Origin: Lama glama
Taxonomy: Eukaryota
Assembly: GCA_028534125.1 (NCBI GenBank)
Contig: CM052817.1
Coordinates: 49,044,001 to 49,108,000 of the forward strand
Direction: 5' to 3'
DNA length: 64,000 nt
The notes beneath the pieces were generated by a model. That model had not been told where the DNA came from. It ran no database searches and worked only from the letters and a program-made list of their open reading frames with translations. How positions within the stretch are numbered: position 1 is the first letter of the stretch; each line of letters opens with the position of its first letter. Of the stretch, positions 53,068-64,000 are shown piece by piece. The position numbers and the translations under genes are program-made.

Positions 53068-53445
53068 CTTTTTTTAAAATAAAAGTCTAGTTGATATACA
53101 ATATTATATAAGTTACAGATATACAGTGACTCATAATTTTAAGGATTATATTCCATTTATAGTTATTATAAAATATTGGCCATATTCTCTGTATAAATAT
53201 ATCCTTGTAGCTTATTTTATACCTTAGTAGTTTGTACCTCTTAATCCTCTACCCTTATCTTGCCCCTCCCCCCTCCCCTTTCCCCACTGGTAACCACTAG
53301 TTTGCTCTCTAGATATGAGTCTGCTTTTTTGTTATATTCCCTAGTTTGTTGTAATTTTTAGATTCCACATATAAGTGGTATCATACAGTATTTGTCTTTC
53401 TCTGTCTGACTTATTTCACTTAGCACAATGCACTCTGTGTCCATT
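53068..53445 (-). mobile_element. L1 3' fragment, antisense
   Basis: tccccactggtaaccactagtttg...ttagattccacatataagtgg...tctgacttatttcacttagc. Confidence 0.85.
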
Positions 53446-53535
53446 TTTCTCATTCTCTTATCTAAATTCCAATGGTACCAATGGTTAACTGTACCTGAAA
53501 ATTCCACACTATATCGTTAAGCACGTGCTTGGGAA

Positions 53536-54092
53536 TGTTGCCGAAAAATCAGCCCCCGTCCCCGACAAGCCGAATAACTCAGAGACAAGGTCTTAGAGCC
53601 CAGGAAAAAAGAGGCAGCTTTATTGCTTTGCCAGGCAAAGGGGACTCACAGCAGGCGAGTGCCTTCAAAGCTGTGAACCCATCACAATCAATAAGAGTCT
53701 CTGGTGAAACTGTCTCCTAAATCTTGATGAGTCAGTTTGGTGTCATGGGACCATCTGGTGGCCTGGAAGGTTATCAGCCTGTGACCTTCTTTATCTGGTC
53801 AGACTCATCTGATGCCATGGGGGAACTCTGACGGGTCTGGTCATTCTCCTGAGGTTATCATTCGGTGACTGTTTTTCTGAAGAATAATTCCAAAGCCAAA
53901 CATGACTAAAATTTTTAGTTGTCAGAGCAAAGTAAAAACAGCCAAGTCAACAACCTTAGCTTTAACAATGGGCCTGGGGCTGGGAGCAGTGTCCAGTCAG
54001 TCATGTTTGCGGACCATTTTAAAAGCAAACGGTAAGCACATAGCCAAGAATTTGTTGGCCTCAGTGCAGCCATTTTTTTTATTTCTCCTTTA
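53536..54092 (-). mobile_element. Solo ERV LTR, antisense, ~0.7 kb upstream of SULT1E1 exon 1
   Basis: The minus strand runs TAAAGGAGAAAT...AATAAAGCTGCC...TTCGGCAACA; flanks ggaa/ggag (3/4 TSD match). Confidence 0.75.
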
Positions 54093-54599
54093 GGAGCAGA
54101 GAGAAGTGAGATTTTTATAATAATAATCCAAAGGTGAGGGATGTTTATATTCTTTCCTTAGCTGTTACCTGGTTTTGATTTTTTTCAGGAATTTAACAGT
54201 TAAAGGCAAACATTTTAAATAGAAGATATTTTCCAAGTGATTTGTCAGGACACAAGCAAGTATTGTAAAGCCGTCTCTGACAGATCTCCTGTAAACTAAG
54301 CTAGGACTCCTGATCCAGGGTCCTCGCTGCCCTCCTGTTGCTCCTCTGTCATTTTCTTCTCTCCTCTTACTCCCCTAGTGAGTTATTCTTTTGAAAATCA
54401 ACCCTATGCATTTCACTCCTCATCAATGAAGGAGTAAGAGACTGGCTCATCCCAGCCCTCTTATGACTTGCTCCATCTTGCTTGCATTTTTTCCCCTTAT
54501 CTTTGCATTCACTTCCTCTCCCTCCTTCTCCTCAACATACTGATGGCTATTGGCAAACTTAGAAATTTGATCATTAACCAAGAATGACAAATAGCAGGA

Positions 54600-54790
54600 G
54601 GATTTCTACAGCACTGTATTGATAAACATGACTTGGTGCGTCTAGCTGCATCTGCAGGTATCAGTCCATATTTGTGTTACTCTGGTGCACCATGAACTCC
54701 AGAAAGCCAAGCCCCACGAAGTAATCTCCGCCTCCTTCTCTGGCATTCAGAATAAAAGCTCACCAGAAACATTACAAATGCACAGTAGTT
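54600..54790 (+). promoter_or_regulatory. SULT1E1: SULT1E1 proximal promoter (approximate)
   Basis: Non-repetitive sequence immediately upstream of exon 1, with a TATA-like aataaaa at 54751-54757. Confidence 0.5.
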
Positions 54791-54883
54791 CTCATCCTTT
54801 TTCTTGCAGCTTGAAACCTGAGTGAGGATCTGAAGGAAACTGAATTGGATCACCCAGTGTCTTTCACAGGATCACCTGGACAG
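54781..54883 (+). other. SULT1E1: SULT1E1 non-coding exon 1 (5' UTR); start approximate
   Basis: cagtagttctcatcctttttcttgcagctt...tctttcacaggatcacctggacag resembles my recollection of the human SULT1E1 5' UTR. It ends at a CAG|GT donor (54884), contains no ATG, and has an AT-rich aataaaa ~30 nt upstream (54751). Confidence 0.75.
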
Positions 54884-57800
54884 GTTGTATCCTTATTATC
54901 ATTGCTGACATGAATATTTAGATTTTAGATACAAGAAATATAGAATGCAACTTATATATTACAAAGCTGTAAAGAGAGAATAAAGTTTTTAATCAATATT
55001 TTAGTTACTTAATAATGTGAAGTATGTAAAGCCTTTTAAAATCACTTGTTTATCATTAAAAATAATATCTTGCATTTGTATCATGCTTTGCTGTTTAAAG
55101 GGTTTTAACATAAAACTACAGTATCTTAGATGTTTTGTAAGTTCTGCATGTTGGATGTGTTCTCCATTTTCCTGATAAGAAAACAAAGCAAGCAGAGTAG
55201 AAACAGAGTGGGGACTGACTTCTGACTGTCTGTGAAATATGTTAGAAGCAGTGGATTACTATCAGAGCCCTGCACATATTACTGTTACTTTTAAGTGAGA
55301 GACATCAGACAAATAAGAGCAGAAATCCAAGTCCTTGGTAAGTCGCTGACAGGTAGACCACCTGCAGAGTCGCACCCATCTTGACTAGGAGTCCTCAGTG
55401 GAAACTGGAAAATTCAGAGAGATTTGAGCTAACAATTAAGTAATTGAACTTACTGATGGTTTTTTGAGCATCTGCTTTGTGACACAGTGTTGGGGTTCCA
55501 GATAGAACAATGTATGAATGGATTTTCTCCACTTTCAGCCACTTTGCTCAAATCCAGGTCAGTGCAAGAAGATGAGGCCTCAGTGAGTCCTTCGCCTGGT
55601 GTCCAGTACTTCACACTGTGCCTGGGGGCAAGTCAAGAACTGCCACAGGGAGTACTTGCTGGATGAAAGGCAGACAGGGAGTGGAGAAGGGGAGGATGGA
55701 GAAAGCGAGAAAGAAAAAGGGGGAAGAAAGAACTAACCAGGAGGAAGAAAAGAAGAAAAAAACATTTCTTCCTTCAATTGAATTTATGAATTACAGGTTT
55801 AATCATTTTTGTTGGCATTCTGAAAACAATAACCTACACACTCAGTTAGGAAGTGAAACTGACAGTTGTTAACTGAAATATGTCTTTGAGAAAGAAGAAA
55901 GCAGCTAGAGGTGAATCTGTCCATTGGGATATGGGATAATTAACTAAAAGAAGTTAAACAAACAAAAAAAGACTTTATTATTTGCCACCTAGTTTAACTC
56001 TGGGGTTAAAATGGACCATGAAGAGTCAGCCATAAGTCAGCCAACTGTTTAATAACAAATCAGCTCCTGCCGGTTGACTATAAGGCAATTCTTACAAACT
56101 TGGCAGAGCCCCAAGCTGTTCATGTGAATAAACGAAGCAACAGGCAGGGCAAGGGGTGCCTCTCATACACGTTTTTGTCTGCGGATTGTATGAACAATAA
56201 GCTTCTGTGCAAGCCATGAAAAAGTTGAAGACTACTAGCAATGTAAGACGGGAAAAACTCCTGACACCTTCAATCTGAAAATCAATAATAAATTACTAGC
56301 TATACATGAGTCAGGAGAAAATCCTCTTGATGGGCAAAACTGATCAAAACGATTAAAATACCAAAAACATATGAAATAGGAAAACATGAAAAATTATAAA
56401 ATATCTATGAAATACAGATTTTAAAAATATGTATTCAATTATGAAAGATTGTAACAAATAATTTCCAGTACTGATGATGCAGTGAGAAAATAGGCAATTT
56501 CAGATACTGTGCAAATTTTCACTATAACTCTTTTAGTGATTTGTTAAAAGCAATAACCAGTATGTTACATGTATATACCTTTTATTTTGGCAAATTCATT
56601 GTCACTGCAAAGGTAAGTGTGAAAAGATACGACATTTGTTGCAGGACTAGTTACACTGGAAAAAACAGAAAAACAGGAATTCCCAACAATAAAGAAGTCT
56701 ATTGTCTCTCTTATATCCATAGTATAGATTGCTATGTGTCGTTTATAAAAACAAAAATAGAATTTATGTATCAACATTGAATATATTCACATCATATAGA
56801 TTGGTATAAAATATAATACAAATGAAACTGTATACATAAGCATATAGATTTTACATATATTTAAATATTTGGAAGCATAAATGCAACACTATTAGGAACA
56901 GTCATTTCTTGAGAATGGAATACTCTCTTTGAGCACTTTCATTTTCTCTATATTGCTTAAATTCTTCAACAATCATTTGTTTAAAATGAGTATATTTATA
57001 CATACATGCTTACATGAATGCATAAATGTATGCATATTTATCATTCCTTGTGTAAGACGAGCATGGGTCCATCCTTAAGAAGTCTCCTTCAGGACAAACT
57101 TAACCTAATTGATAATGATGTTCGCTTTTTGATAGAATCTTATGACATATAAGTGAGATTTTAAAATAAAACTTTTCAGGTCTAGCGCAAAGCGTCTATT
57201 GAATAACAACCATTTCCTTTCCTCTGGTGTAGAAAGAGGAGATAGGCCCTTTTTACAAGAAGTCCAGTTGGAGGGCTATTTTCATGTTCAGTCAATAGTT
57301 GCTGAACTTCCAAACTAGGCCAGTGATCATAAAGTTAGAAGAGAGAATAAAGTGATGGAGATGGAATTAATGGGACTGAGTGAGGGAGAGTTGCAACATC
57401 TGGAAGTTTTCACCTCTAATGCGCAGCTTGAAGTGTAGTGTAGAAAACACTATAGAAGTTTTCAGTGTAAGTCAGTGGTCTAATTACTTGATTTGTAAGA
57501 GATATCTGTGTAAGACTTTACCATCAAATATTTCATCCTTTGTGTTAATGCATTTGTTAGAGTATCTACTAATTTAATTTCTTCTTTATAGTGCATTTCT
57601 CATGCCTTGGGATTCTTTGCATTAAAGAAAACTCATTTGGTGGCTAAAAGAACTATTGCCCCCAAGACACTCCTATTATTCTACAAACTTTCTGGAAAAG
57701 ACAGTAAAAGCCAAAGCAGCCACAAATGCATGAGTGTGTAACAACTCATCAGGCAGCATCTGGGCAAGGGTGGATACAAGAGTGATCCAGTAAGGCAACT

Positions 57801-58598
57801 ATCAAAGAGGGACAGCATTTGTCGAGATGCTGTATCACAAACCCAGAATGAGGAAAGTCTGGGGGCAGGGGGGAGGAGGCAGTGAAAGAAATTGAAAACC
57901 AATAAAGGAAAGTTTGCTTAATTAAAAATTCTAAGACTAACCCTGAACATGAAATGAGTTGCCATAGGATCAGGAGGTGAATTATCAATGATAATCACCT
58001 TGTTCAACTTTATAATTTTCATACAGGTCACTCGGTGGGAGTGTCTACTTCTTTACCGATTAAGTGAGAGAGAAAAAAACAGGTAATGCTAGGGGTCACA
58101 GAGGAAGCTTCTGTACCCTCAAGAATCTGTGTCAGACATATCCATTACACTGCCATGAATTTCACCTTCTTTCTAATATACTCACCAAGCACTTGAATTT
58201 TATCATTAAATGAAACATACCCAAGAACTAAAGAAGCTCTGACTTTGATATCTGGCAATAGCTATCCAATGGCACTATCAATCTTTATTGTTATTTAATG
58301 TATACAGAATTAATTGAAGTGATTCTTTGCCAAAATATTGCTGCATTTCCTGAATCTCTTAGTCTTTTTATATGCCCCACCAGTTTTGACAGAGAAATCA
58401 AAAGCTCTGTTGTTTACATTGATCATGGAATTTTTTATGTACAAATATTATACATAAGTATGCTAATATAAATATATCACATTTTGTACATATTTTTAAG
58501 ACATTTTACTTAATTATTCTTTATACTTCTTATTCTTCTGTATATTATACTGATCTCAATAATAAGGTTAGAAACTCTTAAAGTACCAACACTATGTT

Positions 58599-58748
58599 TT
58601 TGTGTCTTTTTTTTTGTGGGGGGGAGGGTGGTAATTAGATTTATCTATTTATTTATTTAGTTAGTTAATGAAGTACTGGGGATTGAACCCAAGACCTCGT
58701 GCATGCTGGGCATGCACTTTACCGCTGAGCTATACCCACTCCCCCAAG
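58599..58748 (-). mobile_element. tRNA-derived camelid-type SINE in intron 1
   Basis: TSD actatgtt (58591-98 and 58749-56); same consensus as the other copies. Confidence 0.9.
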
Positions 58749-58915
58749 ACTATGTTACATACTTCTTCAGTATGTCTTTACCTGACATGCTCAACAGCTA
58801 AGGAATCCCAGAAACCCCAGAGAAGCTCAGTATACAGGGCTGTTATTAATGCTAAAACATTATAAAGTACATATAAAGTGGACAACTTTCCTTTCTTCTT
58901 TCAGTGTGCCATTTT

Positions 58916-59066
58916 ATGATGAATTCTTCCAAACCTGCCTATGCAGATTACTTTGGCAGACTACGTGGAATGCCACTGTATAAAGAATTTATCCAAAATT
59001 GGCATAATGTGGAGACATTTGAGGCAAGACCTGACGACCTTGTCATTGTTACTTATCCCAAATCTG
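58916..59066 (+). CDS. SULT1E1: Estrogen sulfotransferase, first coding exon (exon 2; the exon itself starts at 58905)
   Basis: Polypyrimidine tract plus AG ends at 58904. Translates (M)MNSSKPAYADYFGRLRGMPLYKEFIQNWHNVETFEARPDDLVIVTYPKS-G, containing the start of the 5'-PSB loop (TYPKSG). GTAAG donor at 59067. Very close to the bovine SULT1E1 N-terminus as I recall it (MSSSKPSFSDYFGKL...). Confidence 0.96.
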
Positions 59067-60851
59067 GTAAGTCTCTTCATTATGTCAAAGTTGTTCCCTT
59101 TTTCACCTAGAAATGACAGATGCACCTTGGCTGTCAAATATTAAGCTGTTCACTTCTCCCGCACTCACTCGATATAATAAGTGAGGCCAGATGTAACAGT
59201 TTTGATATAGACATAGAAAACGTGGAGCATTACAGATCTACTTTAAGACCACAGTCCATACCTACAACCTGAGCAGCATGTTGACAAATGGGCATTGCTG
59301 GCCACTTTAGAAAATTATATAGTATAGATGGATGAATACAGAACCATAACTAAAATTTAAAACTATTCACTGTATTTACCCTATGTCATTATTATCATTG
59401 TTGTATAAACAAAATATAAGCCATTGTCACAGATTAAAAAAAAATTTTTCAGCTAACCAGCTCCTCTTTTTTTTAAGTTTATCTCTAAACTCTATTTTGA
59501 AGCAACATCCTTTCCCATTGAAATTAGATCAACTATTCATCATAGTTCCAGAGTCTTACAATCACAGGCCTTTAAAATTCGAAAGGTCTGGTCCTGGCTC
59601 CTCTGTCTGGTTGTTCCAATTAACACTTGAATATGTCAAACACTAATGTATGTCTTTGACTACTCTGACTCTAAAGTGTTCCTCCACTTTTCTTCCGTGT
59701 CTGAATTAATGCCAGCACAAAACCAGTCATCTGAAGAGGACACCTGAGAACTACTCCAGAGTCAGTTTCCCTTCTTCTTCATCCCGTGTACTCAGTCAGT
59801 CTGGAGGTTCTGCGCAGTCTCTTGGATAATGCCCTACAGTCAGGCTCTCACAGGTCTCTTGTCCTTCTTACTGAGCCCTCACTCCGTTGTTTTATTTATT
59901 CTGCCACTAGAGGGATTCTTCCAAAACAGAACCATGATAATCTTGCTTTCTTGCTTAATGGATGTCAACACCATTTAAAACCCTATAGAAAACAACTAGA
60001 ACTCCAGTATGAACTGCAAGCCTTTTTTTGCTTGGCGTCTGCTTGCCTCTGTAGCCTCATCTCCACCCATCCCTTTAGGTAGGCTCTGATTAGGCTTTAT
60101 AATCTGTATCCAAGTCTTTTCCTCATCACTTTACTATTTGTGAGTATCTGACTATTGATCAAAAAAAAGAGTGCTTCTGGTAGAACCGTTCCCTACCTTA
60201 CAAAACTGGTGAGTTTATACCAATAATTTGTTAAGATTATGCTCAATTATCATGATCTCCTGAGGGCATTTCTTGTGGAAACAGCACAGCAGCAGCACAC
60301 AAAGTCCCTCCTTTGTGGTCCTTTAAATCCATGCGCCCCTGTGTTACAACACCTTAAGGAAAAAGAAGTGCTGTCATTATGGAGCATTGTTTCTGACTCT
60401 TCAGAAGGTCTTTGACCATTGTAGGACAAGGACAAGATTTATTCTCTTCTATATACTCTGGACTAGGACTCAACCTGAGGCATAAGAAGCTATCCAGAAA
60501 ATTTGTGGTTGAAAGCATGCTTGAGTGTGTCATCTGTTTATCAAAGCTCCTTACTTTTCAGATGTAAAATTTTAGATCCAAAACTGTTTCCAGCTTGCAC
60601 AATTCATCATGGACAAATTCAGACTTCTAGCACAGGTGTATCTTACCATAATGTTCATCCTTATTTTTTGAGGCTACATTTAAATCTTATAAGATTAAAC
60701 AAAGTAAATATTTCTTGAGTCCTGTGACTATTCTGACACCTTTCAAGTGCATTGATAACTTCCTGCTATATCCAACTATAAATCCATCATTTCCTGCATC
60801 ATCAGCCACACATGGTCAGTGGGAGACTCAGATTTGTTTAATTTTTTGCAG

Positions 60852-60977
60852 GCACAACATGGATTAGTGAAATTGTATGCATGATTTATACAGAAGGTGA
60901 TTTGGAAAAGTGCAAGAAAGATGCCATTTTTAATCGAGTTCCTTACCTGGAAAGCAAAACCGAAAATGTGATCAATG
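60852..60977 (+). CDS. SULT1E1: SULT1E1 exon 3 (126 nt)
   Basis: ttttttgcag acceptor and gtaatg donor. Phase 1 continues (G)[42 protein letters not shown], completing the TYPKSGTTW motif. Confidence 0.96.
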
Positions 60978-61743
60978 GTAATGCTTAGTTAATTTTAAAA
61001 GCTATATACATATATTTTAACGTGTGGATGTAAATGGTGCAAGAAAAAGGCTGTAAGCAAAAGTGACAATTAGTATTATGTCTTCTACATAGGAAGGAGT
61101 GTAAATTGAAATGTAAATCTTGACTGAGTTTATGGTATAGCTCTCACATTCGTTCAGCAGAACCTAGTAATATGTGAGCATTTCTGTCTCTATGGGATAC
61201 TTTAAACACTAGGAAAATAGCCATAAATTTTTCAAGGATATATGCAAAAAGATATCCATCACAGATTCTTTTAATGTCATAAAACATTAGAAACAGTATA
61301 AATATTAACCAACAAAAGAAGTTAAAAGTAGTATAATAACACTATGAGATCATTAAACATGTTATGGTGTCATGTGTTTTTTGACATTGCAATGTCAGTA
61401 TAATATATTGAGAAAAATGTAATTGGAAGATAGGAAAAATTTCATCTGTGTGTATGGCATTTGGATGGCTGTGAGGCTGGGCATATAGGTATATTTATAT
61501 GAAAGGCTGCTTACCAAAATGTTAATAATGATTTTTCAAAGTGCTGAAATTCTATTTGATCTGTTTTTTTCTCTGTAATTTTCTTTAGCTAAACTTCTGT
61601 CATAGTGAGTATGTGTTATTATTATGACCACAATAAAGAATATATAGTTACTTCTATGTTTTAAAATCTACAAAAATCCATATAAACATTTGTAATTTTC
61701 AAAATTGTCTAACTTTTGTTTGTTTTTATTTTGTATAAATTAG

Positions 61744-61841
61744 GAGTACAGCAATTAAAACAGATGGCATCTCCCAGAATAGTGAAGTCTCATCTGCCAC
61801 TTGAGCTTCTTCCAGCCTCATTTTGGGAAAAGAACTGTAAG
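61744..61841 (+). CDS. SULT1E1: SULT1E1 exon 4 (98 nt), includes the catalytic His
   Basis: tag acceptor and gtaaac donor. In frame: (G)VQQLKQMASPRIVKSHLPLELLPASFWEKNCK, with the KSH motif of cytosolic sulfotransferases. The next exon (IIYL.RNAKD) was not found in the window. Confidence 0.96.
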
Positions 61842-61927
61842 GTAAACAGAGTTAAGTGTTCTCAGAACTTCATCTAATTCAAAGAAATTTTAGAATGATG
61901 AAGTTAGGTAACATCTTAACTGTGTCT

Positions 61928-62099
61928 TTTTAAAAATATATAATATCTTTAAAATTTTTTTAAATTTTTTTTGAGGGGAGGTAATTAGGTAGTTTTGTTT
62001 GTTTGTTTGTTTTGCTTATAATGGAGGTACTGGGGATTGAAACCAGGTACCAGTGCATGCTGAACATGAGATCTACCACTGAGCTACACCCTTCCCTCC
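61928..62099 (-). mobile_element. tRNA-derived SINE in intron 4
   Basis: TSD aactgtgtct (61918-27 and 62100-09). Confidence 0.9.
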
Positions 62100-62139
62100 A
62101 ACTGTGTCTCATACACACTTGTGTATTTACTCCTTCACT

Positions 62140-62274
62140 AGTGGGGGGGGTGTAGTTCAAGTAGTAGAGTTCCTGTTTAGCATGTATGAGGTCCTGGGTT
62201 CAATCCCCACTACTTCCTCTAAGAATAAATAAGTAAGTAAATCTAATTACCTTTCCCCACCAAAAAAAAAAAAT
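62140..62274 (+). mobile_element. tRNA-derived SINE in intron 4, opposite orientation
   Basis: gggtgtagttcaagtagtagag (A box)...gggttcaatcccc (B box), A tail; TSD tccttcact (62131-39 and 62275-83). Confidence 0.9.
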
Positions 62275-62319
62275 TCCTTCACTGAATCTATAGACATTTT
62301 AAAAATGTGGAACATAGTC

Positions 62320-62510
62320 AGTATTGTCTAGATTTTAGTTCCAACTCCAGAGGTGATTCTCTCTAAGCTTCTTCAGTTTCCTCATCTGTAAAAGGATAAT
62401 AATAGAATTCCTCATAGACTTATTTAGAGATTAACTGAAATAATGCTTGTAAAGTGCTTAACATAGCACCTAGCATATTATAAATAATATATGGTAGATA
62501 CTTTTGTATT
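62320..62510 (+). mobile_element. MIR SINE
   Basis: cttcagtttcctcatctgtaaaaggataataatag...gtaaagtgcttaacatagcacctagca. Confidence 0.8.
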
Positions 62511-64000
62511 TGTTATTAGTGATTGTATTGAATATACTCTTTTTTGCAAACTATTGTGCTTGGCATTGTGAAGCATGCAAATGAACTAGACAAGGATAAA
62601 CAAAGAAAGCTAATATAATAATTATTTACTGAGTGTGTATCATGTGCTGTCAATTAACAAGGCACATGCAATCCTTGTCTTCATGGACACACAAGGACCA
62701 CAAGGGGAAAGGGACAAATAAATAGACAATACTGGAGGTGCCATAAGTCACAGAAGAGAAGAATTCTAGCCCAGGGATTGAGGGCAGGGAAAACATCCAG
62801 GAACATGTAACATCTCAGCTGATGTAGAAAGGATGCGTGGGAGTGCTCTGTACATTCCCAGAGGCAACCCCAGGTGGGATGTGGAGTCAGTTCAATTCGG
62901 CTGGAAGGCTGAGTGCCCATGGTGGCTGGCAAAGTGAAGGAAGATAAGCTGGGTTCAACTACAACAGATACTGAAGCCAAGTTAGGAAGTTTGGGCTCTA
63001 CTTTGACGATAATGAGGAGTTACAGATATATTTAGCTACTAGTTATTACGATCAATTTTGCTTTTTCGAAAGAATGATACATGTAATCCTAGAGTACAGG
63101 CAAAACGTTGTCTTGGAGGACTGAAGTTGTTCCTTGAGAACTTACTAGCTTTATTAGGACACAATGTGACTCACCCTAAATATATGAGGTATTAAGGTAC
63201 TGTACGTAGTCCCTACTGATAAAAAAGGGAATCGGTTAGAGACATGAAACATTTCCATTTTGTACTCTGATAAAACATGGCAAAGAAGACATTTTCTGGA
63301 GATCTCCTGTGCAAAATTTTGAAGATGTCAATGTTTTTTGTTTGTTTGCTCTTATCATAAGCAATCCTAGAAAGACAACATACACCTTGCTGAAATCATT
63401 CCACACATAAAGACTCTCTCTTTAATTAATACTATTTATGTATCTTCCAGAAAATGTGTCATTCCCATTTTTTCAAGAGATTTGGCCAAGTTACATTGTT
63501 TTCCCTTTGGAGAATGTGATGTAGTCTTGATGTTATCTCTTTACTTCTTAAGTGAAAATAGATAATATACCTTTATAATAGCCTCAGTCTTCATAAAACT
63601 GCTTATTATCTCAGAGATCATCAAAGAGTAAGAGACAGTTGGATAGATTCACATCCTGAGTATTTCCAGGGTGGTTTACAGGGGGACAAGAAGACAGATG
63701 GATTGAAACTATTAGTAAAATTGTGTTTGTAGTGTTGGACTAGAAACTTTAAGTGATAAAAATGAAGAAAGTGAAAAAAAAAGGAATAGATTAACAGATA
63801 AAAGAAACAATTGAGACCAATAAACTTGAGGCCCTGAATTTTATTGCAGATGAGGTATATTCCTGATAAGAAAGAAAAGAGAAACAGAACTTGGGAAAAA
63901 AACATGGTGTTCAAGGATAAGGCTTCAGAATCTTTAGGGTTCTGACAATTTCAAAGTTTGGTTAAAGAAGTGGCTAGCTAAAGTAACATAGAGGTAGTGA

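Noticed and set aside
55982..55996. Partial CTCF-like tgccacctagttt in intron 1
   Set aside because: It lacks the conserved GG after CTAGT; too weak to call.
98..58865. The many 60-157 aa ORFs in the six-frame track
   Set aside because: No recognisable domains. Most lie in decayed L1/L2/LTR/SINE or low-complexity DNA, and many start at non-ATG codons.
59067..59110. ORF-track extension of the SULT1E1 frame (KSLHYVKVVPFFT)
   Set aside because: This is intron read-through past the GTAAG donor. The true frame continues at 60852.
62140..62215. tRNA-like A/B boxes (also at 25770, 51240, 58680, 62030)
   Set aside because: These are SINE heads with tails and TSDs, not tRNA genes.

Overview
AT-rich, repeat-dense mammalian genomic DNA, most likely camelid (inferred from tRNA-derived Vic-1-like SINEs and an artiodactyl-type SULT1E1 protein). 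The only gene I can support is the 5' half of estrogen sulfotransferase SULT1E1 on the + strand: non-coding exon 1 at ~54781-54883 and coding exons at 58905-59066, 60852-60977 and 61744-61841. The gene continues past the right edge. The first ~54 kb is intergenic. By conserved mammalian synteny it should be the spacer between SULT1E1 and the casein cluster (CSN1S1 off the left edge), but I recognised no casein exon. It is filled with L1, L2, MIR, hAT/Tigger and several solo LTRs. Best observations: (1) a TSD-bounded tripartite L1 insertion whose 5' end is an inverted copy of the flanking DNA, creating a ~135-bp hairpin; (2) Ser at the position of redox-sensitive Cys83 of human SULT1E1; (3) a CTCF-like motif bracketed by inverted TCF/LEF motifs; (4) a CpG-retaining STAT5/C-EBP motif cluster near the casein side; (5) two solo LTRs within ~3 kb of the SULT1E1 start; (6) an inverted SINE pair in intron 4; (7) a small element with terminal inverted repeats and 16-bp internal repeats. 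I found no evidence for a new gene system. Repeat family names come from recall, not from a database search.
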